Source: Candidatus Limnocylindria bacterium (lineage in GTDB: Bacteria; Chloroflexota; Limnocylindria; QHBO01). From it: a stretch of DNA of 64,000 bases. The position numbers and the translations under genes are program-made. The notes beneath the pieces are model-generated. The model was not told the origin of the DNA and did no database searches. It saw only the letters and a program-made list of their open reading frames with translations. The DNA lies in assembly GCA_036556325.1 (NCBI GenBank), contig DATBJR010000049.1:24538-88537 (forward strand). The letters are read 5' to 3'. This document shows positions 8,948 through 16,808 of the stretch, one piece after another. How positions within the stretch are numbered: the stretch's first letter is position 1; every line of letters starts with the position of its first letter.

Positions 8948-11137
8948 TTATGCGGTGATGGCCGTCTCCGCGACGCGCACCGCCGGCCGATACAGCTCGT
9001 CCACGTACTCGATCAGCATCCGCGCGGTGCTGAACTGCCAGATCGACGCCACCACGGCCGCCCGCATGGTCTCGAGCCAGGCGTGCGGCACGTCCTCGTC
9101 GTCCCGGTCGAAGAAGCGCGGCACGATCTCATCCTCCAGCAGCCGGTAGAGCGACTCGGCATCGGCGGCGTCCTGCGCCTCCTCGTCGCCCGTCGGCTCG
9201 CGCTGGCCGATGGCCCAGCCGTTGTGGCCGTTGTATCCCTCGTCCCACCAGCCATCCAGGATGCTGACGCTGGGCACCGCGTTCATGGCCGCCTTCATGC
9301 CGGAGGTGCCCGACGCTTCGAGCGGCCGGCGCGGGTTGTTGAGCCAGATGTCCACCCCGGCAACCAGGAAGCGGGCGATGCGGATGTCGTAATCCTCGAC
9401 GATGAACACCCGATTGCGCAGCCGGTCGGAGCGGGACAGCTCGAAGATGCGCTGGATGACGCGCTGGCCGGGGCGGTCGGCGGGGTGCGCCTTGCCGGCC
9501 ATCACGATCTGCACCGGTCGCTCGGCGTGTGAGAGCAGCCGGGCCAGGCGGTCCTCGTCGCGGAACAGCAGGTCGGCGCGCGTGTAGGTCGCGAAGCGCC
9601 TGGCAAAGCCGATGGTCATGGCCTTCGGGTTCAGCGCGTGCTCGACCTCGCGCAGCTGGTCGGGTGACTCGCCATGACGCGCGAACTGGCGTGCCAGCCG
9701 GCTGGCGATGAAGTCGGTCAGCTCCCGCTTCTGCTGCATGTGGCCCGCCCACAGGTCGTCATCGGCAATCGCCGCCACGCCGTGGAGGCCGTCCGGCGAG
9801 GCATGGTCCGCAGCCAGGAAGGTGCCCAGGGCGCGCTCGTAGAGACGCCGGATCGGCCGCCCCAGCCAGGTGGCGACGTGCACGCCGTTGGTGATGGCGG
9901 TGATCGGGTGGCCGGCAACCTCCGCCCAGGTGGCGGTGGCCGTCTCCGCGTGGAGCCGGCTGACGGCGTTCGCTCCGCTGGCGTGCCGCAGCACGAAGGC
10001 GGTCATGTCGAACGGTGCGTTCGGATCGTCGGTGCGGCCCCGGCCCAGCTCCAGCAGCTCGTCGGCCGGCATGCCGGTGGCATCGAGCCACGGCGCCAGG
10101 TTCTTGACCAGCAGGCCACGGTCGAATGTTTCGTTGCCGGCGGGCACCGGTGTGTGGATGGTGAACACGGCATTGCGGCCGACCTGCCGCAGGGCCTCCT
10201 CGGCGGCCAGGCCCGTCTCCCGGTCCAGCAGCTGGCGAGCGCGCTCGAGGAGGAGGAACGCCGAATGACCCTCGTTGAGATGCCAGACCGACGGCTCGAT
10301 GCCCAGCGCGTCCAGTGCTCGCACACCGCCGATGCCCAGGATCAGCTCCTGGCACAGGCGCATCTCCCGCCCGCGGACGTAGAGGATGTGAGTGATCGGC
10401 CGATCCGGGCCGGCATTGGCGGGCAGGTCGGTGTCCAGCAGGAGCACCGGCACCCGGCCCACCTGCGCCACCCAGACGGCGGCGTGCACCTGGCGATCAT
10501 TGAAATCGACGCTGACCTGGAGGGCGGAGCCGCTCGGGCCGCGCGCCCGCCGCAGCGGCAGCATACCGGGATCGATGTCCGGCTGGGCGTGCTCCTGGTG
10601 CCCATCGGCGTCGATCTGCTGGCGGAAGTACCCTCGCCGATATAGGAGGCCCACGCCCACGAACGGGATGGCCGCATCCGAGGCCGACTTGCAGTGATCG
10701 CCGGCCAGGATGCCCAGGCCGCCCGAGTAGATCTGCATCGACTCGTGGAAGCCGTATTCGGCGCAGAAATAGGCGACGGGCCCCGGCAGGGCCCGTTCGG
10801 GAGTTTCGGCAACCTGGCGCTGGTACCACGAGTCGTTGCCGTTGGCCATGTAGCGATGGAACTCGTCCAGCAGCCGGCTGGCGTCGACGAGAAAGTCCTC
10901 GTCGGCCGCGACCTCTTCCCACCGAGCCGCGTGCATGCCGTTCAGCACCGCGATCGGGTTGCGGTGGCGGGCCCAGGCGGCAGGGTCGAGCCGCGAGAAC
11001 AGGGCGCCGGCACGCGGCGTCCAGCTCCACCACAGGTTGTAGGCCAGCTCGTCCAGCCCTTCCAGGCCGGGTGGCAGGTTGAAATCGGCTCCGGGCAGCG
11101 TCGGCAGACGAACCGATGTGCCCACTGGGCGGCTCAT
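8948..11137 (-). CDS. glgP: Alpha-glucan phosphorylase (GT35)
   Basis: 729 aa. EASGTSGMKAAMN carries the PLP-lysine motif. ILAGDH and WHLNEGH are motifs of the alpha-glucan family phosphorylases. Confidence 0.9.
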   Translation of the reverse strand: MSRPVGTSVRLPTLPGADFNLPPGLEGLDELAYNLWWSWTPRAGALFSRLDPAAWARHRNPIAVLNGMHAARWEEVAADEDFLVDASRLLDEFHRYMANGNDSWYQRQVAETPERALPGPVAYFCAEYGFHESMQIYSGGLGILAGDHCKSASDAAIPFVGVGLLYRRGYFRQQIDADGHQEHAQPDIDPGMLPLRRARGPSGSALQVSVDFNDRQVHAAVWVAQVGRVPVLLLDTDLPANAGPDRPITHILYVRGREMRLCQELILGIGGVRALDALGIEPSVWHLNEGHSAFLLLERARQLLDRETGLAAEEALRQVGRNAVFTIHTPVPAGNETFDRGLLVKNLAPWLDATGMPADELLELGRGRTDDPNAPFDMTAFVLRHASGANAVSRLHAETATATWAEVAGHPITAITNGVHVATWLGRPIRRLYERALGTFLAADHASPDGLHGVAAIADDDLWAGHMQQKRELTDFIASRLARQFARHGESPDQLREVEHALNPKAMTIGFARRFATYTRADLLFRDEDRLARLLSHAERPVQIVMAGKAHPADRPGQRVIQRIFELSRSDRLRNRVFIVEDYDIRIARFLVAGVDIWLNNPRRPLEASGTSGMKAAMNAVPSVSILDGWWDEGYNGHNGWAIGQREPTGDEEAQDAADAESLYRLLEDEIVPRFFDRDDEDVPHAWLETMRAAVVASIWQFSTARMLIEYVDELYRPAVRVAETAITA

Positions 11138-11253
11138 GGACCTTCGATGCTACCGGATGCCTTCGCTCCGGAATGACATCTGCCTGCAGGCGTCGCGGCC
11201 GGTCAACGCCGATTGGGCATCTCGACAGGGCGTATTACCCTATCGGCCCCGTG

Positions 11254-13968
11254 ATGGATGGCTACTCGGTCAAGGATGCGGCGCTTGTCCTCGGAATCCC
11301 GGAGCGCCGGGTGTGGGAGCTCATCGCTCGCGGCGTGCTCGCCAGCTCGCGCGAGGGTCCCGATGGCATGCGCGTGTTCCTGCAGCCGCGCGTCGCGCCG
11401 GTGGACGCTGGCGGCGCTGATCCGCGCCGCTACCGAGCCGATGAACCCGAGACGCCTCCTCGCCAGAACGGCAACGGTGGCTCGCATGAGATGAGCCCGT
11501 TCCGAGAGCTCCTGACCGAGTTTCGCAGCCTGACCGAACGCTATGGCCAGGCCCTGCTGGCGCTGGGTGAGGCACGCGGTGAGGTCGCGTCGCTGCGCAG
11601 CCGGGTCGAGCTGCTCGAGGCCCGGATGGACCTGCGTCTGCCGGGCACACGCCCCGCGTCCACGGTGGCCTGGGAGATCCCGGCCTATCCCCCGGGCGAG
11701 CCGCCGGGCGAGGGAGCAGCACCGGCCGACGAAGCGCCCCCTGCGGCAGCCGCCGAAGCGCCTGCCGCGGAGCCCCAGGGCGAACCCGAGCTGGATTCCG
11801 GCGAAGAGCCGGAAGCCAGCGTCGCGCCCGAGGTGGAGGTGCTGGCCTCGGCGGCGGCGGACGTCGGCGCTGCAGAGGAAACGGCGCCGGAAGCCACCAC
11901 TGTGGCGGAGGACGCGGGTCCCCCCGATTCCGCGACCGCGGAGCCCTCCGCAGCGCGCCAGCGACGGGCGGAGTCGCGGCGTCGGAAGATCAAGGGCGGC
12001 CGTTCGGCGCTGGCCGGGATCGCGGAGGCCCTGGCCCGTGCCGAGGACCCCACCCTCGCCGAGCTACCCGGCGCCGAGGAGGCGGCCGAGGCGCTTGCGG
12101 CCCTCCAGCGCGAGACGGACATGGGCCGCGAAGCGGTCGGTGAAGAGGCTTCGGTGGCCGAAGCCGCCACATCGGACCAACCAGCCGCCCCGGAGGAGAT
12201 GCCGTTCGAGCCCCAGCCATCGGCATCCGAAGCCAGGTTCGAGGCAGTGACCGGCCAGGAGCCGGGCCAATCCGAGGAGCCAGCTGAGCTGGACGAGCCG
12301 GAGCTCTACGCGACGGTTTCGATGCCGGCCATCAGCGTTCCCGCCGCCGGGCTGGTGGCGGATGAGGAAGGAGCTTCTGGGCTGCCCGAGGAGGAGCCGA
12401 TCGTCGAAACGGAGGTCATGGAGGTGTCCTTCGAGGCAGCGGCTGAGCCCGAGAAAGCCGCGCCCGCCGTCGAGCCGGTTGCGGAAGAGCCCCTGCCACC
12501 AGAACCGCCGCACGAGCTGGTGGCGGCGCCGGGCTCCCCATATTCGACCGCAGTCATCGAGCCAGACTGGTTCGCGGACGGTGACTTCACCTGGCTCGAA
12601 GCGGCGCAGGCCGAGGCTCGCGACCAGCCGGCCACGACCGAGGCCGAGCCGATGGCGGAGGCGGAGCCGATGGCCGAATCGGCGGCAGAACCCGAGCCGA
12701 CCCCTGAACCGGCCGAGCCGATGGCGCGGGCGGAGCGGATGCCGGAGGCGGAGCCGATGGCGGAAGCGGCAGCAGAACCCGAGCCGATCCCTGAGCCGGC
12801 CGAGCCGATGGCGGACGCGGAGCCGATGCCGGAGGCGGAGCCGATGGTCGAGCCCAGCGCAACCGGTACCGCCGCCCCCGCGCAGGAAGACTTCGAGCCA
12901 ACGGCGCACGACGAGCTGCGGGCCGAGCAGGAGGCGCGGGCAGCGATCCAGGACGCCTTCACGGAGCCCGCCGAACCCGAGCCGACAGCGTCCACGCCAG
13001 TGGCCTTCGATACGACCGCCGCGGAGGCGACCGACGAGCTTGCCGCCGAGCCGGTGGCCGATGCAGCCGCCGAGCCAGGCGAAGAGGCAGCCGCCGAGCA
13101 TGCCGAAGAGGCAGCCGCCGAGCCAGGCGAAGAGGCAGCCGCCGAGCCAGCCGAAGAGGCAGCCGCCGAGGCGCCGCAGCAGGCGATCCAGGACGCCTTC
13201 AGTGAGCCTGGCCCATCGGTTCCCGGAGCGCCGATCGATGACGCAGCTGCGGTCCGTGCGGACGTTGTGGAGTATGCCGAAGCGCCGAGCGAGCTCGGTG
13301 AGCAGGAGGCTGATGCTCCGGGAGCCGCCATCGAGGAGTCGACCGCCAGTAGCGAACCGCCGCCGGACGAAGCCGCGAGAGCGGAGATCTATCAGCCGGC
13401 CGACGCGGTCGATCAAGGCGCGCTGGCACCCGTCGAGACCACCGAGGACGGTGCGCCCGAGCCGATGGCGTCCTCGGCAGGGGAGCCTGGCGGCGCAGCC
13501 ACTGCCGCGGCACCAGCCGCTCCGCGTCAGCGCGGCGAGGAAGAGCTGATGTGGCTCGGTGACGAGTTCGAGGAGGCGGGCCTCGAGATCGCGACGCGGG
13601 GTTGGCGGAGCGCGGATGCCCCCGCCAGGGCGCCAGAGAGGCCGGTCCTCGAGCTCTCGGATGCCGAGCTGGCGCAGCTCGCCGCGGACGAGGGCTGGGA
13701 TGCCGCCGAGGTGGAGGCGATTCGCAGCCTGCTCGGCCGGCCGAACGCCGCCGCACCCTCGCCTGCTGTTGCAGAGCGCCCGGTTGCCGGGCCACCGCCG
13801 GCGCCAGGTGTGGCAGGCAGCCAGTCACCGGCTCCCGCGGAAGGTGCCCCGCCGATGCCACCACGGCGCCATTCGATGTCGTCCATGAGCGATCCGCAGT
13901 GGCTCAAGGGGCGGCGCGGCCCCGCGGCCACGGCCTATCGTCGCTTGCGCAGGCTCTTCCCGGGCTGA
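11254..13968 (+). CDS. Excisionase/MerR-like HTH protein with coiled coil, ~750-aa hyper-acidic A/E/P repeat region and basic C-terminal tail
   Basis: Start at ATG 11254 (GTG 11251 is an alternative). HTH_17-like YSVKDAALVLGIPERRVWELIARGVL. Short coiled coil follows. The rest is low-complexity acidic sequence with in-frame tandem repeats. It ends in the basic WLKGRRGPAATAYRRLRRLFPG. Confidence 0.6.
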   Translation: MDGYSVKDAALVLGIPERRVWELIARGVLASSREGPDGMRVFLQPRVAPVDAGGADPRRYRADEPETPPRQNGNGGSHEMSPFRELLTEFRSLTERYGQALLALGEARGEVASLRSRVELLEARMDLRLPGTRPASTVAWEIPAYPPGEPPGEGAAPADEAPPAAAAEAPAAEPQGEPELDSGEEPEASVAPEVEVLASAAADVGAAEETAPEATTVAEDAGPPDSATAEPSAARQRRAESRRRKIKGGRSALAGIAEALARAEDPTLAELPGAEEAAEALAALQRETDMGREAVGEEASVAEAATSDQPAAPEEMPFEPQPSASEARFEAVTGQEPGQSEEPAELDEPELYATVSMPAISVPAAGLVADEEGASGLPEEEPIVETEVMEVSFEAAAEPEKAAPAVEPVAEEPLPPEPPHELVAAPGSPYSTAVIEPDWFADGDFTWLEAAQAEARDQPATTEAEPMAEAEPMAESAAEPEPTPEPAEPMARAERMPEAEPMAEAAAEPEPIPEPAEPMADAEPMPEAEPMVEPSATGTAAPAQEDFEPTAHDELRAEQEARAAIQDAFTEPAEPEPTASTPVAFDTTAAEATDELAAEPVADAAAEPGEEAAAEHAEEAAAEPGEEAAAEPAEEAAAEAPQQAIQDAFSEPGPSVPGAPIDDAAAVRADVVEYAEAPSELGEQEADAPGAAIEESTASSEPPPDEAARAEIYQPADAVDQGALAPVETTEDGAPEPMASSAGEPGGAATAAAPAAPRQRGEEELMWLGDEFEEAGLEIATRGWRSADAPARAPERPVLELSDAELAQLAADEGWDAAEVEAIRSLLGRPNAAAPSPAVAERPVAGPPPAPGVAGSQSPAPAEGAPPMPPRRHSMSSMSDPQWLKGRRGPAATAYRRLRRLFPG
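12643..12846 (+). repeat. In-frame tandem repeat: eight copies of a 12-nt GC(G/C)GAGCCGATG (AEPM) unit organised in an ~87-nt (29-aa) higher-order repeat
   Basis: Copies read at 12643, 12661, 12712, 12731 (degenerate), 12748, 12799, 12817 and 12835. The 87-nt offsets are 12661->12748, 12712->12799 and 12748->12835. Confidence 0.85.
13040..13171 (+). repeat. In-frame 24-nt tandem repeat (GCAGCCGCCGAGCCAGGCGAAGAG, AAEPGEEA), about 5.5 copies
   Basis: Units at 13064, 13088, 13112 and 13136, plus a partial unit at 13160 and a degenerate copy at 13040. Confidence 0.85.
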
Positions 13969-13992
13969 TCCGGGATATCGGCCCGCGCCGGC

Positions 13993-14706
13993 TCAGCCTG
14001 CCGCCGCCGCGGCAAGCTCCGGGAGCTCGTCGCGCAGCGCCTTCAGGTCGTCGTCCTCGAGCGAGAACTCGCCGAGGTCCGGACGCTTGGCGAAGGCCAC
14101 CCGCAGCAGGGAGCGGGCCTCTTCCAGCCGGCCGGCCAGTGCGTGGTAGCAGGCGAGGTTGTACAGCGCCGTACCGCGGTCGAGGTCGGGCAGCTCCATC
14201 GCGCGCAGGCCATCTTCCAGGTCAGCCGCGAAGCGCTCGACCCGGGCCGTGTCGAGCGGCACGCCCGCGTCCTGCAGCCAGGCGAAGTGCGGCAGGGCAT
14301 GGAATGGCCCGTTCCCGAACGTCGTGGCCAGCAGCTGGCTGAAGTCGGCAATCGCGTCAGGATGCGAGTCCGAGACCTCGCGCACCAGTCGCTCGCTGAC
14401 CTCATCGGCCTCCTGGACGATCGCGTCCCAGCTCCAGTCTGCGCGTGCAGCACGAAAGGCCGCGTTGATCTCATCGGTCTCACCCGGCGGACCGGGGTCC
14501 GGCTCCCGGCCCTGGCGGGCGGCTTTCAGCCGGTTGGCCTGGCGCGCCTTCCACGCCGTGAGATGTGCCTGGAAGTCCTTCGGCGTCCAGTCGCCTGGGC
14601 GGATGGGTGTTTCCCGGACCGCCGGGTCAAGCGCGCCGAACACGTCGATCTCCGCCTCTCGCGTCAGGCGCAGCAGGTCGGCGAGACCGTTGATCAGGTT
14701 CGTCAT
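13993..14706 (-). CDS. Hypothetical protein (DinB/ClbS-like helical N-terminal region, TPR-like C-terminus)
   Basis: 237 aa with normal composition. DWTPKDFQAHLTAWKARQ resembles DinB/DUF1706-type helical bundles. ALYNLACYHALAGRLEEARSLL looks like a TPR motif. Function not assignable. Confidence 0.55.
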   Translation of the reverse strand: MTNLINGLADLLRLTREAEIDVFGALDPAVRETPIRPGDWTPKDFQAHLTAWKARQANRLKAARQGREPDPGPPGETDEINAAFRAARADWSWDAIVQEADEVSERLVREVSDSHPDAIADFSQLLATTFGNGPFHALPHFAWLQDAGVPLDTARVERFAADLEDGLRAMELPDLDRGTALYNLACYHALAGRLEEARSLLRVAFAKRPDLGEFSLEDDDLKALRDELPELAAAAAG

Positions 14707-14721
14707 TGCCGTCTCCTCAGA

Positions 14722-16191
14722 TCAGGGGCCCGGCCCCAGGTGGTAGCCCAGCCGCCTGGGCAACGCCGTGAGCTGGCGCAGCCACCACGGCGCCTGGCGT
14801 CCGGCGAGCTCCTGCGTTTCCCGCCGGACGATGGCCGCGCGCAGCACGCGAGCGCCAATGTACCGGAACGGTTCCGGGGGCAGCCGAGCTGGTGGCGGCC
14901 CAACAGGGCCAAGCCTGGTCACCGGCTCGTCGGAGCCGAGCGCCAGTGCCGCCAGGATGCGCCCCGCCAGGTGGGACGGCGCCACGCCATTGCCGGAGAA
15001 GCCCACCGCGTAGTACACGGGCCAGTCACGGACCGCGCCGATGCGGGGCAGGTGGTCGCCGGCGACGTCGATGGGTCCGCCCCAGGCATCGGTCAGGCGA
15101 AGCTCGCGAAGCGTCGGAAACAGGGTCCGGAAGGCGCCTGCGGCACGCCTGGCTGACCCGATGTCGTCGGTGAAGACGGAGCCGATGCGTCCGTCGTAGC
15201 CCGGCAGCCCGCCTCCGGACCCAATGGCGATGCGCCGGTCGCGCGTCACGTGGAAGTACTCGACGTTGAATCGTGCCGTGTAGATCGACTCGCCGCCGGT
15301 CCAGCCCAGCCCGGACAGCTGCACCTCCGACAGCGGTTCGCTGCGCACCATGTAGCTCCCCCAGGCGAGGGCCGCCCGGCGCAGCGGAGGCCAACCGATC
15401 GACCACGCGTTCGCCGCCAGCACCACCTGCCGTGCTCGAACCCGGTGGGTGCCGGCCGCGCTTGCCGCCGTCAGGCGGACCGCGGCCCCGTCGCGATGGA
15501 ACCCCGGCTCGACGCGGGTGCCCTCGTGGATCTGGACGCCGCGCTGCAGGGCCACCCGCCGGAGGCCACGGGCCAGCATGGCTGGCTGCACCGTCGCGCC
15601 GTCGCGCATCAGCGCTCCGCCCCGGAACTCGGGTGAGCGGCAACGGGCCGCCACCTGCGCCGGGGTGAGCGCGACGAGCTCGTCGCCAACGCCAAGCTCG
15701 CTGGCCACGCGCACCGAGCCGAGCGGCCGATCGTCGTGGAGCGACGTCGTCGACACCACCAGCATGCCCTGCCCTCGGTAATGGGCATCCACGTCGTTGG
15801 CAGCGCACCATGCACCGATCTCGCGCACCGACCGCGACACCTCGCGGGCTGCTTCCAGCGCGCGTTCGGGCCCGTATAGCGCGACCAGCGTGTCGAGCTC
15901 GTCCCACCAGGCGTTCACGAAGCCGCCATTGCGGCCGGAGGGGCCTCCGCCGCAGATGTCCTGCTCCAGCAGCACGATGCCCAGGTCCGGCGCCCGCTCG
16001 CGCAGCTGCAGCGCGGTCCACAGGCCGGTGTAACCGCCGCCCACGATGGCGACGTCAGCCTCCACCGCGGCACCGGGCGGGCGGAGCGGCTCCGGATCGC
16101 CCTCCGCGGCCAGCGCCTCACGCAGCCACGGGCTGCGCTGCCCGCGGCCGGGTCGCAGCTCCAGGTCGGCTCTCGTCAGCACGTCATCCAT
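14722..16191 (-). CDS. FAD-dependent oxidoreductase (DAO family)
   Basis: Dinucleotide-binding motif DVAIVGGGYTGLWTAL...LLE, followed by GPSGRNGGF. 489 aa. Confidence 0.85.
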   Translation of the reverse strand: MDDVLTRADLELRPGRGQRSPWLREALAAEGDPEPLRPPGAAVEADVAIVGGGYTGLWTALQLRERAPDLGIVLLEQDICGGGPSGRNGGFVNAWWDELDTLVALYGPERALEAAREVSRSVREIGAWCAANDVDAHYRGQGMLVVSTTSLHDDRPLGSVRVASELGVGDELVALTPAQVAARCRSPEFRGGALMRDGATVQPAMLARGLRRVALQRGVQIHEGTRVEPGFHRDGAAVRLTAASAAGTHRVRARQVVLAANAWSIGWPPLRRAALAWGSYMVRSEPLSEVQLSGLGWTGGESIYTARFNVEYFHVTRDRRIAIGSGGGLPGYDGRIGSVFTDDIGSARRAAGAFRTLFPTLRELRLTDAWGGPIDVAGDHLPRIGAVRDWPVYYAVGFSGNGVAPSHLAGRILAALALGSDEPVTRLGPVGPPPARLPPEPFRYIGARVLRAAIVRRETQELAGRQAPWWLRQLTALPRRLGYHLGPGP

Positions 16192-16283
16192 GTCCGTTCG
16201 CAGATTGTGCGTCGCCGGCTCTTCTGGCGGCCATCAAGGGCCATGCGCAGGAGGCCGTCCTGCTGAGCTCGACCGCAATGGCT

Positions 16284-16349
16284 TGACGTCGAACAATTCC
16301 TCGACATAGAATCGTTCGCGTGACGCGAACTATTAACGAAACGCGAACC
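16284..16349 (+). promoter_or_regulatory. Sigma-70-like promoter and palindromic operator of the marR-MFS operon; predicted leaderless transcript
   Basis: -35 TTGACG (16284-16289), 18-nt spacer, -10 TAGAAT (16308-16313). Perfect inverted repeat GTTCGCG-TGA-CGCGAAC (16315-16331) spans the GTG start (16320). An extra CGCGAAC half-site lies at 16343-16349. Confidence 0.5.
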
Positions 16350-16808
16350 ACCGGCCAGGAGAGTGGCACGGCCCGGGCGCTGCTCGACGAGCTGACGGAG
16401 CTCGTCGTCGGCGAGCGGACCGCCTACATGACCCATGCCCACCAGCGCTCGCTGAGCCTGGCGCACATGTTCCTGATGGCCAAGATCCATGCGCACGGGC
16501 CCATGCCCATGACCCGGGTGGCGGAGCTCATCGGCTCCGGCCTGCCCACGGCGACGGGCCTGATCAACCGCATGGAGGAGCGCGGTCTCGTGCGCCGCGA
16601 CCATGACACGCGTGATCGCCGCGTGGTGCTCGTCAGCCTGACCGATCGGGGTGCGGCCGACATCGCCGCACTGAACGACGCGCGGCGGCAGCGGCTGTGC
16701 GCGGCGATCGAGCAGCTCTCCGGCAAGGACCAGGCAGTCCTGCTGACCGGGATCCGCGCCCTGCGCGTCGCCTTCCAGCATCTCAACGAAGGAGATTCCA
16801 CCCCGTGA
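16320..16808 (+). CDS. MarR family transcriptional regulator
   Basis: Winged-HTH region MTRVAELIGSGLPTATGLINRMEERGLVRRDHDTRDRRVVLVSLTDRG. 162 aa. Its stop overlaps the MFS gene start. Confidence 0.85.
   Translation: MTRTINETRTTGQESGTARALLDELTELVVGERTAYMTHAHQRSLSLAHMFLMAKIHAHGPMPMTRVAELIGSGLPTATGLINRMEERGLVRRDHDTRDRRVVLVSLTDRGAADIAALNDARRQRLCAAIEQLSGKDQAVLLTGIRALRVAFQHLNEGDSTP

Noticed and set aside
12643-13171. Regular short repeats that could be mistaken for a CRISPR array or minisatellite locus
   Set aside because: The units are 12, 24 or 87 nt with no unique spacers. They are in frame within a long ORF and encode AEPM/AAEPGEEA peptide repeats. There are no cas genes in the window.
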